Notes: generated from the letters alone by a model not told the origin. Shown: positions 8,323 to 17,585, counted from the stretch's first letter. The stretch is DNA of 64,000 nt from an uncultured Candidatus Saccharibacteria bacterium (GCA_965231155.1 OZ246418.1:302850-366849); one strand, 5' to 3'. Translations and numbers: made by a program.

Positions 8323-9350
8323 TTTCTACCTTACTTTCCTTTTTGGGCGCGACAAGGGTCTTTGCAGCTCCTTACGAACTCCCCGCTCGTACCGCCTCAG
8401 AGACACTGACGCTACTGACTGGAGCCAGTCCAGCACGGGCGGTGAGTGATCTTTATAATTTTGCCTTAGGCATAGGTGCAATTGCTGCCTTTGGGTTAAT
8501 CGTCTACTCAGCCCTCCAATACACCACCACAGATAGTCCGGGGAAGAGACAGGAGGCGCAGGGGAGAATCTTCCAGTCTCTATTAGGTTTGCTTCTTCTT
8601 ATTGGTGCAACCTTGGTGTTGAGGTTTATTAATCCTGATCTTCCCAACCTCAAGAATCCTGAAGCTCCGCAGTTGGAGGCGATAGGGGTAGCGAGTAGTA
8701 CCGCAGAGGGAGAAACCTCTTATTGGACAATTCAAGTCTGCCCCAAAAGAGAAGATTGTAGTGAAGAAGACTACGAAGACCTCGCCCCTAGAGATGAGGG
8801 CCATTATACCGACAGAAACGCGTGCCTAGGAATGAATACCGCCATTGGCGAAGAACCGGCTCGCTGGCGATGTGTCGAGAGATTTACTGGCCAACCAAGC
8901 GCCCTGGTCCCTATCGATGACAGTGTGGCTCAGCAAAGAGAGGAGGCGGTTCGCGCTCAACTTCGAGGATATGGAATTGAGGTCAACAACAAGGCCTGCG
9001 TCCCTTATACTGCCCGCTACCAGGACGTACCTGGAAGTTGCACAAATGTTGGAGGCCTACCAAACGGAGTTCTTTCAAAACTAGGAGTTCTTAATCCGCA
9101 GTTTCCAATAATCATTACTGGGGGGTCTGAAGCCGGGCATCTCTCTCACGGAGTAGGGGAGCCTTCGGTGGATATAAAACCTGCTCGTCGTAGCTCGCCA
9201 CCATCGGCAGGTTGGTGTGAACTTGAGAGGTTGGTTAAAGAATTAGGGATTGATGAGGCTCGGTCACAGTTTGAGTTACGCGGGGTGCCGCTCGATGCGG
9301 GCTGTAGAGCTAATCCGCCACCAGACCACTATCATGTACGCTTTGATTAA
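8319..9350 (+). CDS. Secreted fusion protein with three parts: signal peptide, a two-helix pilin-like module, and a Cys-rich linker leading to an M15/LAS-type zinc peptidase-like cell-wall hydrolase domain
   Basis: Same 104-aa module as 6057..7118. The C-terminus has SHGVGEPSVDI (compare SxHxxGxAxD) and DHYHVRF (compare EPWHxRY), the two zinc-ligand motifs of VanY/M15 D-Ala-D-Ala carboxypeptidase-like enzymes. Confidence 0.5.
   Translation: MISTLLSFLGATRVFAAPYELPARTASETLTLLTGASPARAVSDLYNFALGIGAIAAFGLIVYSALQYTTTDSPGKRQEAQGRIFQSLLGLLLLIGATLVLRFINPDLPNLKNPEAPQLEAIGVASSTAEGETSYWTIQVCPKREDCSEEDYEDLAPRDEGHYTDRNACLGMNTAIGEEPARWRCVERFTGQPSALVPIDDSVAQQREEAVRAQLRGYGIEVNNKACVPYTARYQDVPGSCTNVGGLPNGVLSKLGVLNPQFPIIITGGSEAGHLSHGVGEPSVDIKPARRSSPPSAGWCELERLVKELGIDEARSQFELRGVPLDAGCRANPPPDHYHVRFD
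8373..8684 (+). repeat. Copy 2 of the 312-bp perfect direct repeat
   Basis: Identical to 6126..6437. Confidence 0.9.
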
Positions 9351-9362
9351 TTATTCGAATCC

Positions 9363-10613
9363 ATGCTAAAACGTCTTTCATTCTTCCTTTCTATATTCTT
9401 GATTATTGGACTGGTTATCGCGATCGGCTGGTTTATCCGCTACCGAAATGCCTCACCCTCTCCAGATGCTACGACTACTCAGCCAGATGACATTCTTCCG
9501 CCTACTGGTCAAAATATCCGACCAGCCACCTCATCGCAGAACAGAAGCTCGAGCTCTCCTTCGATAATCGCTCCAGGAGAAAAACCGTTTGGTATGGTTG
9601 CCGACCAAGAAGTTGCCGCCTACTACCCCTACGCAGACGGCTCAGTCGCTTTCATCCAACCAAGCGGACAGGTGATAAAGATAAGTGGAACCGAGGGAGT
9701 AGTCTTAAGTTCTTTAAATATCTCCGACCTCAGTTATGCTGCCTTTTCTTATGACGGAAAAAGGATTGTGGCCGCTTTTGGAAATCCATTAAACCGCCAG
9801 TTAAGCGTTTTTGATTTAGAAAAAAAATCTTGGAATCCAATATTTGCTCGACCCCTTTCTGCACCTCTTTGGGCGCCTCGCGACTATCGAATCACATTTC
9901 TTACCGCAAATACAAATAATGACCAGATCATTACTGTTGTAGACACTCAACCAAATACCCCAAAAACACAGGAAATCCTCTCTCTTTCCGGACAGGACCT
10001 TGTTCTCTCCTGGAAAAATGATAATGAAATCTTTGTCTCGGAAAAAACAAGCGTCTTTTCTTTAGGAAGTCTTTTTTCTTTGGATATTAGGAAAAATACG
10101 CTTTCCTCACTTATTAAAGACTGGCCTGGCCTAGACTTTTTATGGGACACCACCTCTCAGGCTGGTGTCGCCTTCCAAGCAAATAAGAATAGCGTAGGAG
10201 GAACGATGAGTCTCCTGGGAGAGACGGGGATTGTCGCAAGAAAATTTTCCTTCACCACACTCCCTAAAGAAAAATGTTTCTTTGGTCCCGAGCCTACTCC
10301 ATTAACAACTACGAGTACATCCTCTTCGAGGACTCCACAGAAAAACCCTTCACCAAGAACAAGCCTCCTCTTCTGTGCTGTTCCGAAGAATGCTGACAGC
10401 TTCCTTTCTTCCTATCTACCGGACGCCTATTTCCAAAAAGAAATTATGACCGACGATAATTTGGTCGGAATCAATCTGGAAACGGGAGCGGTAACGGATC
10501 TTTCAAAACCAATAAATGAAGTGGTTGATGCAACTGATCTAAAAGCGAGCCGCACCTACATCTACTTTATAAACAGATATAACAACAAGCTCTACCGACT
10601 TATTCGCGCCTAA
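9363..10613 (+). CDS. Membrane-anchored hypothetical protein with a Ser/Thr-rich linker and a beta-rich (possibly propeller-like) ectodomain
   Basis: N-terminal TM helix FFLSIFLIIGLVIAIGWFI. Last gene of the plus-strand array. No catalytic motif. Confidence 0.35.
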   Translation: MLKRLSFFLSIFLIIGLVIAIGWFIRYRNASPSPDATTTQPDDILPPTGQNIRPATSSQNRSSSSPSIIAPGEKPFGMVADQEVAAYYPYADGSVAFIQPSGQVIKISGTEGVVLSSLNISDLSYAAFSYDGKRIVAAFGNPLNRQLSVFDLEKKSWNPIFARPLSAPLWAPRDYRITFLTANTNNDQIITVVDTQPNTPKTQEILSLSGQDLVLSWKNDNEIFVSEKTSVFSLGSLFSLDIRKNTLSSLIKDWPGLDFLWDTTSQAGVAFQANKNSVGGTMSLLGETGIVARKFSFTTLPKEKCFFGPEPTPLTTTSTSSSRTPQKNPSPRTSLLFCAVPKNADSFLSSYLPDAYFQKEIMTDDNLVGINLETGAVTDLSKPINEVVDATDLKASRTYIYFINRYNNKLYRLIRA

Positions 10614-10622
10614 CAGGAAACG

Positions 10623-11060
10623 TTAGTCGGTAATGGGCTTGATCATCACGTAGCGATCGCGACCGGCACCAAGGCTTTCCGTGGCCACCTCTGGGTGAAG
10701 GGCAAGGGCGGTGTGCACAAGACGACGTTCGTATGAGTTCATTGGGGGGAGTGAAAGAGCATTTTTTGTCGCCAACACCTTCTGGGCTGCTGCTCTAGCT
10801 AACTCAGTAATCAAGGCTTCTCGTTCCCGGCGATAGTTGTTGATGTCGAAGAATATTGGTTGAACGCTATTTTTCTTGGCAACCAACTGAATAATATGAT
10901 TGATGTCTTCAACGAGGCGAGCAATGCCCTCTTTATTCAAGGGTTCAAAATCATCGATCACGGCTGAGCCATGTCGAAACTCCTCGTTTACTTCTATCTT
11001 AAAAGACTTAAACCCAAGACCTTCAAGTAATTTTTTTACGAACACATCCCATTGTTCCAT
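10623..11060 (-). CDS. jag: Jag/KhpB-like R3H-domain RNA-binding protein
   Basis: C-terminal R3H-type motif MNSYERRLVHTALA...GAGRDRYVMIKP. Located downstream of yidC in the conserved rnpA-yidC-jag arrangement. Confidence 0.7.
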   Translation of the reverse strand: MEQWDVFVKKLLEGLGFKSFKIEVNEEFRHGSAVIDDFEPLNKEGIARLVEDINHIIQLVAKKNSVQPIFFDINNYRREREALITELARAAAQKVLATKNALSLPPMNSYERRLVHTALALHPEVATESLGAGRDRYVMIKPITD

Positions 11061-11250
11061 ACTGTTTGTGATACACGATTATTTAGTCGGAGTCAACTAT
11101 TCTCACTTTTGCTTTCTAGGACTGACGTAAAATTCTGACTGAGTTTTCGCCCTCCTCAAGCCGTCGCTTTCCGTAAGGTTCTAGAGAAAAAAGGTTCACG
11201 CTGTGTTTAAGATACTACACAAAGAAACCTATCTGTTTTGCCTACAAGAA

Positions 11251-11949
11251 TCAGACCTTGTCTGACCCTCCCTCCTTAAGTTGACGGTTTACCACAACCT
11301 GTTGGATGAGCGAAAATAGGTTAGAGGTAAGCAGGTAGAGCCAGACGGCTGAAGGGGAGGACCACAAAACCAAAACAATGATAATTGGGCCGATAATCGC
11401 CATCTGTTTACTCATTGCCGTAACATTCTTCTGGACCGAGAGACTCAACTGTGTCTGAATATACTGCAAAAGAGAAGCGATAATAATCAGTACTAAGCTC
11501 TGCGCCTGGAGATCAATGATGCCCAAGAAAGAGTGATTGAACGCAGTTGGAGCGTTGATAAAGGAGTAGAATTCTTTTGCATTCAACGTAGCCGGAGCGC
11601 CATGAAAGATCTGAAAAAGAGGGATAAGGATAAGAATTTGCAAAAAAAGAATGAAAAACATCGAGAAGGGGTTCACCTGATGCTTCTTATAGAGCTCCAT
11701 CTGGGCCCGTCCCTTATTCTCTATATCTCCTTGGTATTCTTTATCAATTTTTTCAAGCTCTGGGCGTAATGTCTGAATGACTGCCTGTTGCCGCATCGCC
11801 TTCTGGAAAAGTGGCAGGAAAATCACCCGGATAATGACGGTGAGCATAATGATCGCAATTCCCAAATCCTTAAAGGCAATTGACTGGTAGAGAAAAACCA
11901 GCGCGTTTATAAGCGGTTGGTAGAGAATAACGTGATAGAGATATCCCAT
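11251..11949 (-). CDS. yidC: YidC/Oxa1-family membrane protein insertase (short form)
   Basis: Polytopic 232-aa protein directly downstream of rnpA. Conserved synteny with rpmH-rnpA-yidC. Confidence 0.75.
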   Translation of the reverse strand: MGYLYHVILYQPLINALVFLYQSIAFKDLGIAIIMLTVIIRVIFLPLFQKAMRQQAVIQTLRPELEKIDKEYQGDIENKGRAQMELYKKHQVNPFSMFFILFLQILILIPLFQIFHGAPATLNAKEFYSFINAPTAFNHSFLGIIDLQAQSLVLIIIASLLQYIQTQLSLSVQKNVTAMSKQMAIIGPIIIVLVLWSSPSAVWLYLLTSNLFSLIQQVVVNRQLKEGGSDKV

Positions 11950-11958
11950 AAGTTTTTT

Positions 11959-12273
11959 TTAAAAGAGGGGGGTTAGCGTTTTTTCTAGACCCTCATTAAT
12001 CATTGCTTTCGTAGCTCCCTCAGCAGGCTTCTGAACAAGGATGAGAATGTCCTTTCCTTTGTTCGGCTTCTGCGCTAACCAAGAAACAACTATTCTTTTT
12101 AGATAGTGCCTTCTGGTAGCCTTCTTAACGGCACTTTTCCCAATAACTACGGCAAACCGGTTATACGGCCAACTATTATCAGAGGCCTTAACACTAAAGA
12201 ACGCGGAACGGAGGCTAAGAGAGCCTCTCTGAGGGAACTCTTTTGCCGGTAACCGCTGTCTTCTTGCCAGCAT
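11959..12273 (-). CDS. rnpA: Ribonuclease P protein component
   Basis: The C-terminal ~105 aa of the 184-aa track ORF ([13 protein letters not shown]...VVIGKSAVKKATRRHYLKRIV) matches RnpA. The start is set at the internal Met, which overlaps the rpmH stop (TAATG). Confidence 0.7.
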   Translation of the reverse strand: MLARRQRLPAKEFPQRGSLSLRSAFFSVKASDNSWPYNRFAVVIGKSAVKKATRRHYLKRIVVSWLAQKPNKGKDILILVQKPAEGATKAMINEGLEKTLTPLF

Positions 12274-12422
12274 TAAAATTTCCGCGCCTTGATGGTGATC
12301 TTCTTTCTGCCCTTTTGCCGACGTCGCTTCAAAACACTCTTTCCGGTAGCCGTTTTTTGACGGGCTCGGAAACCATGTGTCTTCTTCCGCTTCTTCTTTT
12401 TTGGTGAATATGTTTGTGACAT
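12273..12422 (-). CDS. rpmH: 50S ribosomal protein L34
   Basis: Hand translation of the minus strand gives [49 protein letters not shown], 49 aa. This is too short for the ORF track. It shows the characteristic KRTHGFRAR core. Confidence 0.75.
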   Translation of the reverse strand: MSQTYSPKKKKRKKTHGFRARQKTATGKSVLKRRRQKGRKKITIKARKF

Positions 12423-12553
12423 GGTATGACCTTGAGTATAATGGCCTCACATAAGTTATGAACAGGCCATCAACATTTTTTTCTATTCTACTCTTTTGAC
12501 TCGCAGAAGACAAGTATTACAATAAGAGCGCTTCTTATAAACATTTTTAACCT

Positions 12554-13930
12554 ATGAACCTTGAACAGCTATGGCAACTGACGTTAGCAGAGATGGAAGT
12601 ACAACTTTCTCACGCTAACTTTGCAACATGGCTGAAGAAAAGCCAGCTTCTGGAGAATAAGGATGGAACATATTCAATTGGTCTCCCAAATACTTTTGCA
12701 AAAGTGTGGGTTGAGGAGAAATACCACAAAAATCTCTTGGGGATCATGCGTAATTTCGATGATTCCGTTCGTAAACTTGAGTTCACCGTACTCAAAGAAG
12801 ACTCCTCTCAGGAAAAGAAGGCGCCGACTCAAAAAACTCTTCGCCACGATACGACTCCAGTACAACCAATACAAAACAATCGGCTTGATTTTCGTGTTGA
12901 TCCCGACACTAATCTAAACCCTCGCTATACACTCTCTTCTTTTGTGGTTGGTTCCTCAAACGAGCTGGCCTTTGCCGCAGCCGAAGCCATTATTAAGTCA
13001 GTGGGAACAAAATATAATCCCTTCTTTATCTATGGCGGTGTCGGCGTGGGTAAAACTCATCTCATTCAGGCTATTGGGAATGAAATTTATACTCGCTACG
13101 AAAAGAAAATAAAACCTCGTTATGTTTCTTCTGAGAAATTCACTAGTGATGTGGTCTGGGCTATTCGAAACAAACGAATGGAGGATATTAAAAAGAAATA
13201 TCGAGATGTTGATGTGTTGATTATCGACGATATTCAGTTCATTGGTGGCAAGGAAAAAACTGAACAGGAGTTTTTCCATACCTTTAATGCACTCTATGAG
13301 GTTAACAAACAAATTATCATCTCCTCTGATCGACCACCACAATCAATTCCTACGCTCGAGGATCGCCTGCGCTCGCGTTTTGAGGGCGGCCTGATTGCTG
13401 ACATCACCTATCCAGAATATGAGCTTCGCCTGGCCATCGTCAGTGGAAAACTTCAGGAGCTTGGACACAGCCTCTCTCCTCAGGTGGTGGAACTTATCGC
13501 CAAAAAAGTGCGGAAGAATGTGCGCGAGCTTGAAGGAATCCTCACTAAAATAATATTTTATCAAGAGAGTAAGGGAGTAGAAGTAAGCGAAAAGCTTATC
13601 GAGGAGATTATCGATAATTCGATTAATAACTTCTCCCACAAAGTAAGCCCTGAACAAGTACTGAACGCTGTTGCCGAGTTTTTCAACATACAAATGAGCG
13701 ATCTTATTGGTCGCCGAAGACAAAAAGAAGTGGTCGAACCACGACAGATAACCATGTATCTACTTCGGGATATTCTTGGTCTTTCATACCCATACATTGG
13801 GGAAAAGATGGGGAGAGACCACACTACTGCAATTCACGCCTTCGAGAAGATTAACCATGAGGTGAACAAGAATTCTGTGCTCAACCAAAAAATTCTAATG
13901 ATTAAAGATTTAATTAATAAGAATCCATAA
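12554..13930 (+). CDS. dnaA: Chromosomal replication initiator DnaA
   Basis: Walker A GGVGVGKTHL, the AAA+ core, and a C-terminal DnaA-box binding helix-turn-helix. Divergent from rpmH and upstream of dnaN. Confidence 0.95.
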   Translation: MNLEQLWQLTLAEMEVQLSHANFATWLKKSQLLENKDGTYSIGLPNTFAKVWVEEKYHKNLLGIMRNFDDSVRKLEFTVLKEDSSQEKKAPTQKTLRHDTTPVQPIQNNRLDFRVDPDTNLNPRYTLSSFVVGSSNELAFAAAEAIIKSVGTKYNPFFIYGGVGVGKTHLIQAIGNEIYTRYEKKIKPRYVSSEKFTSDVVWAIRNKRMEDIKKKYRDVDVLIIDDIQFIGGKEKTEQEFFHTFNALYEVNKQIIISSDRPPQSIPTLEDRLRSRFEGGLIADITYPEYELRLAIVSGKLQELGHSLSPQVVELIAKKVRKNVRELEGILTKIIFYQESKGVEVSEKLIEEIIDNSINNFSHKVSPEQVLNAVAEFFNIQMSDLIGRRRQKEVVEPRQITMYLLRDILGLSYPYIGEKMGRDHTTAIHAFEKINHEVNKNSVLNQKILMIKDLINKNP

Positions 13931-14049
13931 AGAGGTTCTCCCCGAGTTGTTCGAAAGTTATTCACACAAAAAGATTTAAAAAAGATAGATAACAACAGTA
14001 TTTTTCAAATGTATCCCCTTATTCACAACCCTAATAAACTATAACAATA
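13931..14049. promoter_or_regulatory. Candidate oriC / DnaA-box cluster in the dnaA-dnaN spacer
   Basis: Two TTATTCACA 9-mers at ~13958..13966 and ~14019..14027, each one mismatch from the TTATCCACA consensus. They sit in an AT-rich spacer (aaaaagatttaaaaaagatagataac). Confidence 0.5.
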
Positions 14050-15162
14050 ATGAAATTAATAGTTATTAAAGATAATCTAAAAGAAGCGGTGGGGGCAGCG
14101 GGGCAGATGAAACTAAGCGAGCAGAACCTCCCAATTCTTAAAAATTTTTTATTGTCGGCGGTGGATAATAAAATTTCTATGAAGGCGACGAATTTGGAAA
14201 TTGGAGTGGAGTATTCTATCTCGGGGAAAATTTTAGAGGATGGTGAAATTACTGTTCCGATTTCGGTTTTTTACACGATTATTAATTCACTACAAAGCGA
14301 TCGGATTAATTTAGAAACGAAAGGAACTCAGACAACTATCAAAACTGATAATTATGAAGCGGTTATACAAGGACTTCCGGCTGAAGATTTTCCGATCCTT
14401 CCCGAAGTGAGTGCTAAAGAGCAGTTTTTGGAAATTAAGGGAGGAGTGCTTCGAGAAGCTTTTCAACAAGTTTCCTTGGCTGGGCAGTTCTCGGATCTTC
14501 GGCCAGAGTTGTACAACTTGCTTTTCCACTTCACAACCAGCGATTTGATTTTTGCGGCAACTGATAGTTTCCGTTTGGCCGAAAAGACAATTTCGGCAAC
14601 TTCTTTTTCCACAAATTTTGCCGATGAGTTTAAGTTATTAATTCCACTTCCCACAGTACAGGGATTAATTCCACTCCTTACCGATGAGCCGGTTCAGATC
14701 AGAAAAGACGACCATCAGGTGGTTTTTTCAACAAAGAACTGGAAGATTGTTTCACGTCTCCATACGGGAACTTTTCCACACTATGAACCGATTATCCCCA
14801 GGGAGTTTAAGGCCGAGGTGGTGGTTAATCGAGTGGAGCTTCAGGAGGCTTTAAAGCTGAGTAGCGTATTCGGAGGACAACTCCAGGAGGTTGTTTTGAA
14901 AATGGCTGAGGGACAAAAATCGTTAGAGGTTTTTTCTCAGAATCAGGCAATCGGCCAGAATGCCTATCGGTTAGGTGCAAAAATAAATCAACCATTTTCT
15001 ATGGAGGCAGTTTTTAATTCCCGATATTTAGCCGATGTGCTAAAGGCAATTTCTGGAGAAGAAGTTTTCTTTGGTTTTAACGAAGAAGGAAGGCCAGTAC
15101 TTATCAAGTCACCTCGAGAGGTGTCTTATATTTATATCTTAATGCCAGTACTTAAAGGCTAG
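14050..15162 (+). CDS. dnaN: DNA polymerase III beta sliding clamp
   Basis: 370 aa. Position immediately after dnaA. N-terminus MKLIVIKDNLKEAV is typical of DnaN. Confidence 0.9.
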   Translation: MKLIVIKDNLKEAVGAAGQMKLSEQNLPILKNFLLSAVDNKISMKATNLEIGVEYSISGKILEDGEITVPISVFYTIINSLQSDRINLETKGTQTTIKTDNYEAVIQGLPAEDFPILPEVSAKEQFLEIKGGVLREAFQQVSLAGQFSDLRPELYNLLFHFTTSDLIFAATDSFRLAEKTISATSFSTNFADEFKLLIPLPTVQGLIPLLTDEPVQIRKDDHQVVFSTKNWKIVSRLHTGTFPHYEPIIPREFKAEVVVNRVELQEALKLSSVFGGQLQEVVLKMAEGQKSLEVFSQNQAIGQNAYRLGAKINQPFSMEAVFNSRYLADVLKAISGEEVFFGFNEEGRPVLIKSPREVSYIYILMPVLKG

Positions 15163-17308
15163 GCGCAGTGGAGGTTGGCGCAGAGAAGAGAGGAGTGCTC
15201 TGAGGGAAGGTTGTTTTGAACCAGTTTTGAATTCCTAGTTCCCAATTAGAGAACTGAGAATCGTCTGCTGGAATAGCTGGCGGTGGGCCGTTTGGATTGT
15301 TTCGGTCTACGTAGTAAAGAATGGTGTGGATCTGATTGTCGATAATATACTGTCCTTTGAGAATTGGTTTTTCAACAATTACTGGATCGGGACGATTGAA
15401 GCTCTCTACGGGGAATTCCTTTAGAGCCTCTCTCATAAAACTACTCCACATTGGAATGGCGGCAAGAATACTTGAACCACTTCGTTGCATTGGCGCGTTA
15501 TCGTTATTTCCAGCCCAGACGCCAGTTACTAGGTTTGGAGCGTACCCGAGAGCCCAGGCATCTCGGTAGTCGTTGCTTGTTCCGGTTTTTAAGGCAACAT
15601 CATAACCAGGGAAGATGGTGAGGTTAACGCTATTTTGTAATAGCCCAGAACGAGCTGAAACGTCACTGAGGACGTCGTTTGTGAGGCGGGGGTACTGTGG
15701 GTCAATCACGGTCGTTGCGACGTCCTTATATGCCTCTAATTGTTTATTGTTACTGTCGCGCACTTCGAGAATAATTGCTTGTTCGTGTTTCGCTCCTTCT
15801 TGTGCCAGCACTGAGTAGGCTTGCACAAGATCAATTAATCGAACCTCGCCACCACCTAAGACCAGAGAGAGTCCATAACGTGCTGGGTCGGTTAATGTTT
15901 TGAGTCCGAAGGCGTAGGTGTTTTTAAGAACATTCTCCATGCCGGCTAAGTAAAGCATTTTTACAGCCGGAATGTTTATTGATTGAGCGAGGGCGAGGCG
16001 GAGCGAGATTGGTCCTCGGAACAGGAGATCGTAGTTTTGTGGGTGGAAGCATCTCGTATCTTCACTACTAAAATCTGGCACAGAGGGACAGCCTGAATTT
16101 ACACTGAATTCGGTAGGGACATCAAAGAGGACTGTATCAGGAGAGAAGCCTCTCTGAAAACCAGTCATATAGACAAAAGGCTTGAGTGTTGAACCAGGTT
16201 GACGTAGTCCCTGTACCGCGGCATTAAAGTTTCCTTCCGCATCTTTTTCGAAATAATCATACGAACCAACAAGGGCTAGGATCTGTCCTGTTTTTGGATC
16301 CTGAGCAATAAGCGCCCCATTTTTTCCTTTGTATAGTTTTCGATTATTATCCACGCCGTCCTTCACTGATTTTTCAGCAATTTCCTGAAGCTTCCAGTTT
16401 AGGGTGGTAACTACTTTGAGTCCGCCTTTTTGGACAAATTCTTCGCCATATTTATTGATTAAATAATCCTGAACCATCATCACGAAGTGAGGTGCTTTGA
16501 GTCCTTCTGAGGGAGTAGCAATTTCTAGTTTTTCTTTAAGAGCGGCTTCAAGTTCTTGATCGGAAATTTTTCCTAGAGAGTGTAGTTTTTTAAGAATAAA
16601 CTGTTGACGAGTAATAAGTTCTTTGTAGTGGCTGCCCCAAGGAGAGTACCGACTTGGCGCTTTAGGGAGAGCGGCTAAAAGAGCGGATTCAGCGAGCGAG
16701 AGATCTTTTACTGACTTACTAAAGTACAGCTGACTGGCCGACTCAACGCCATAGGCGGTAGGTCCATAGGGGATTTCGTTAAGATAAAGTTCTAGAATTT
16801 TGTCTTTGGAATAGAAGTTACTCAGGCGGATAGCCAAGAGCAACTCTTTGATTTTTCTAGAGATGGTTTTGTCCGGAGTTAAAAAGGCGTTTTTAACAAG
16901 CTGTTGAGCAATTCCCGAACCACCCTGGACATAACTTCCGCTTCTCAGATTTGCAAAAACGGCGCGTACGATTGCCTGCCAGTCGAAGCCAGGTTGGGTA
17001 TAGAAATTTTCATCCTCAACTGCCACCGTGGCTTCTTTGAGATGACTAGGAATTTCCGCTAAGGGAACTACTGTTCTTTTTTGTCCGGCACTGATTTCAT
17101 ATAAGAGAACTTTTCCCTCTCGATCGAAAATTTTTGTTGACTGGGGAACTTGGCGATTTTCTATCTGACTGAGACTTGGGATGTCTTTGGCGAAATAAAG
17201 AAGGATAATTACACCACTTGCGACGGCGAGAAGAAGGAGACTACTGGCCCACACCAGCACCTTTTTTCGTGGCCAGTGCGCTACTTTTTTTATTTTTTGG
17301 TGAATCAT
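15152..17308 (-). CDS. Class A penicillin-binding protein (bifunctional transglycosylase/transpeptidase, PBP1A-type)
   Basis: GT51 motif QGGSGIAQQLVKN. N-terminal TM anchor. C-terminal transpeptidase domain. 718 aa. Confidence 0.9.
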   Translation of the reverse strand: MIHQKIKKVAHWPRKKVLVWASSLLLLAVASGVIILLYFAKDIPSLSQIENRQVPQSTKIFDREGKVLLYEISAGQKRTVVPLAEIPSHLKEATVAVEDENFYTQPGFDWQAIVRAVFANLRSGSYVQGGSGIAQQLVKNAFLTPDKTISRKIKELLLAIRLSNFYSKDKILELYLNEIPYGPTAYGVESASQLYFSKSVKDLSLAESALLAALPKAPSRYSPWGSHYKELITRQQFILKKLHSLGKISDQELEAALKEKLEIATPSEGLKAPHFVMMVQDYLINKYGEEFVQKGGLKVVTTLNWKLQEIAEKSVKDGVDNNRKLYKGKNGALIAQDPKTGQILALVGSYDYFEKDAEGNFNAAVQGLRQPGSTLKPFVYMTGFQRGFSPDTVLFDVPTEFSVNSGCPSVPDFSSEDTRCFHPQNYDLLFRGPISLRLALAQSINIPAVKMLYLAGMENVLKNTYAFGLKTLTDPARYGLSLVLGGGEVRLIDLVQAYSVLAQEGAKHEQAIILEVRDSNNKQLEAYKDVATTVIDPQYPRLTNDVLSDVSARSGLLQNSVNLTIFPGYDVALKTGTSNDYRDAWALGYAPNLVTGVWAGNNDNAPMQRSGSSILAAIPMWSSFMREALKEFPVESFNRPDPVIVEKPILKGQYIIDNQIHTILYYVDRNNPNGPPPAIPADDSQFSNWELGIQNWFKTTFPQSTPLFSAPTSTAPSL

Positions 17309-17399
17309 GGTTTCTTTTTATTATACTTCGCTTCCTTAGACGTGCGAAGCGCCGAGGGATTCTCGGCGCTTTTGCAAAACTGCTATAAAAAGATGAAGG

Positions 17400-17585
17400 C
17401 TAAAGAGATTCTTCCTCTTCGAATCCTTCAACGGGGTCTTCTTCGGCTGGAAGTCCAACCTCCTCAAAATCATCCTCATCACTTATTTCGGAGACAGTAT
17501 CTCCGAGGCCAGGCTCAAGCAGTTCTCCGGACAGTTCTTCCGCTTCGGTTTCTGAGGGAAGAGCAAAATCGTCAAATTGTTCCAT
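17400..17585 (-). CDS. Small highly acidic protein (61 aa). May not be a real gene.
   Basis: An Asp/Glu-rich ORF lying between PBP1A and ruvC on the same strand. No homology is recognisable. Confidence 0.2.
   Translation of the reverse strand: MEQFDDFALPSETEAEELSGELLEPGLGDTVSEISDEDDFEEVGLPAEEDPVEGFEEEESL

Noticed and set aside
12423-12553. rpmH-dnaA spacer as the oriC location
   Set aside because: It has only one weak DnaA-box-like 9-mer (TTATGAACA, 2 mismatches). The dnaA-dnaN spacer has two better boxes. I could not exclude it entirely.
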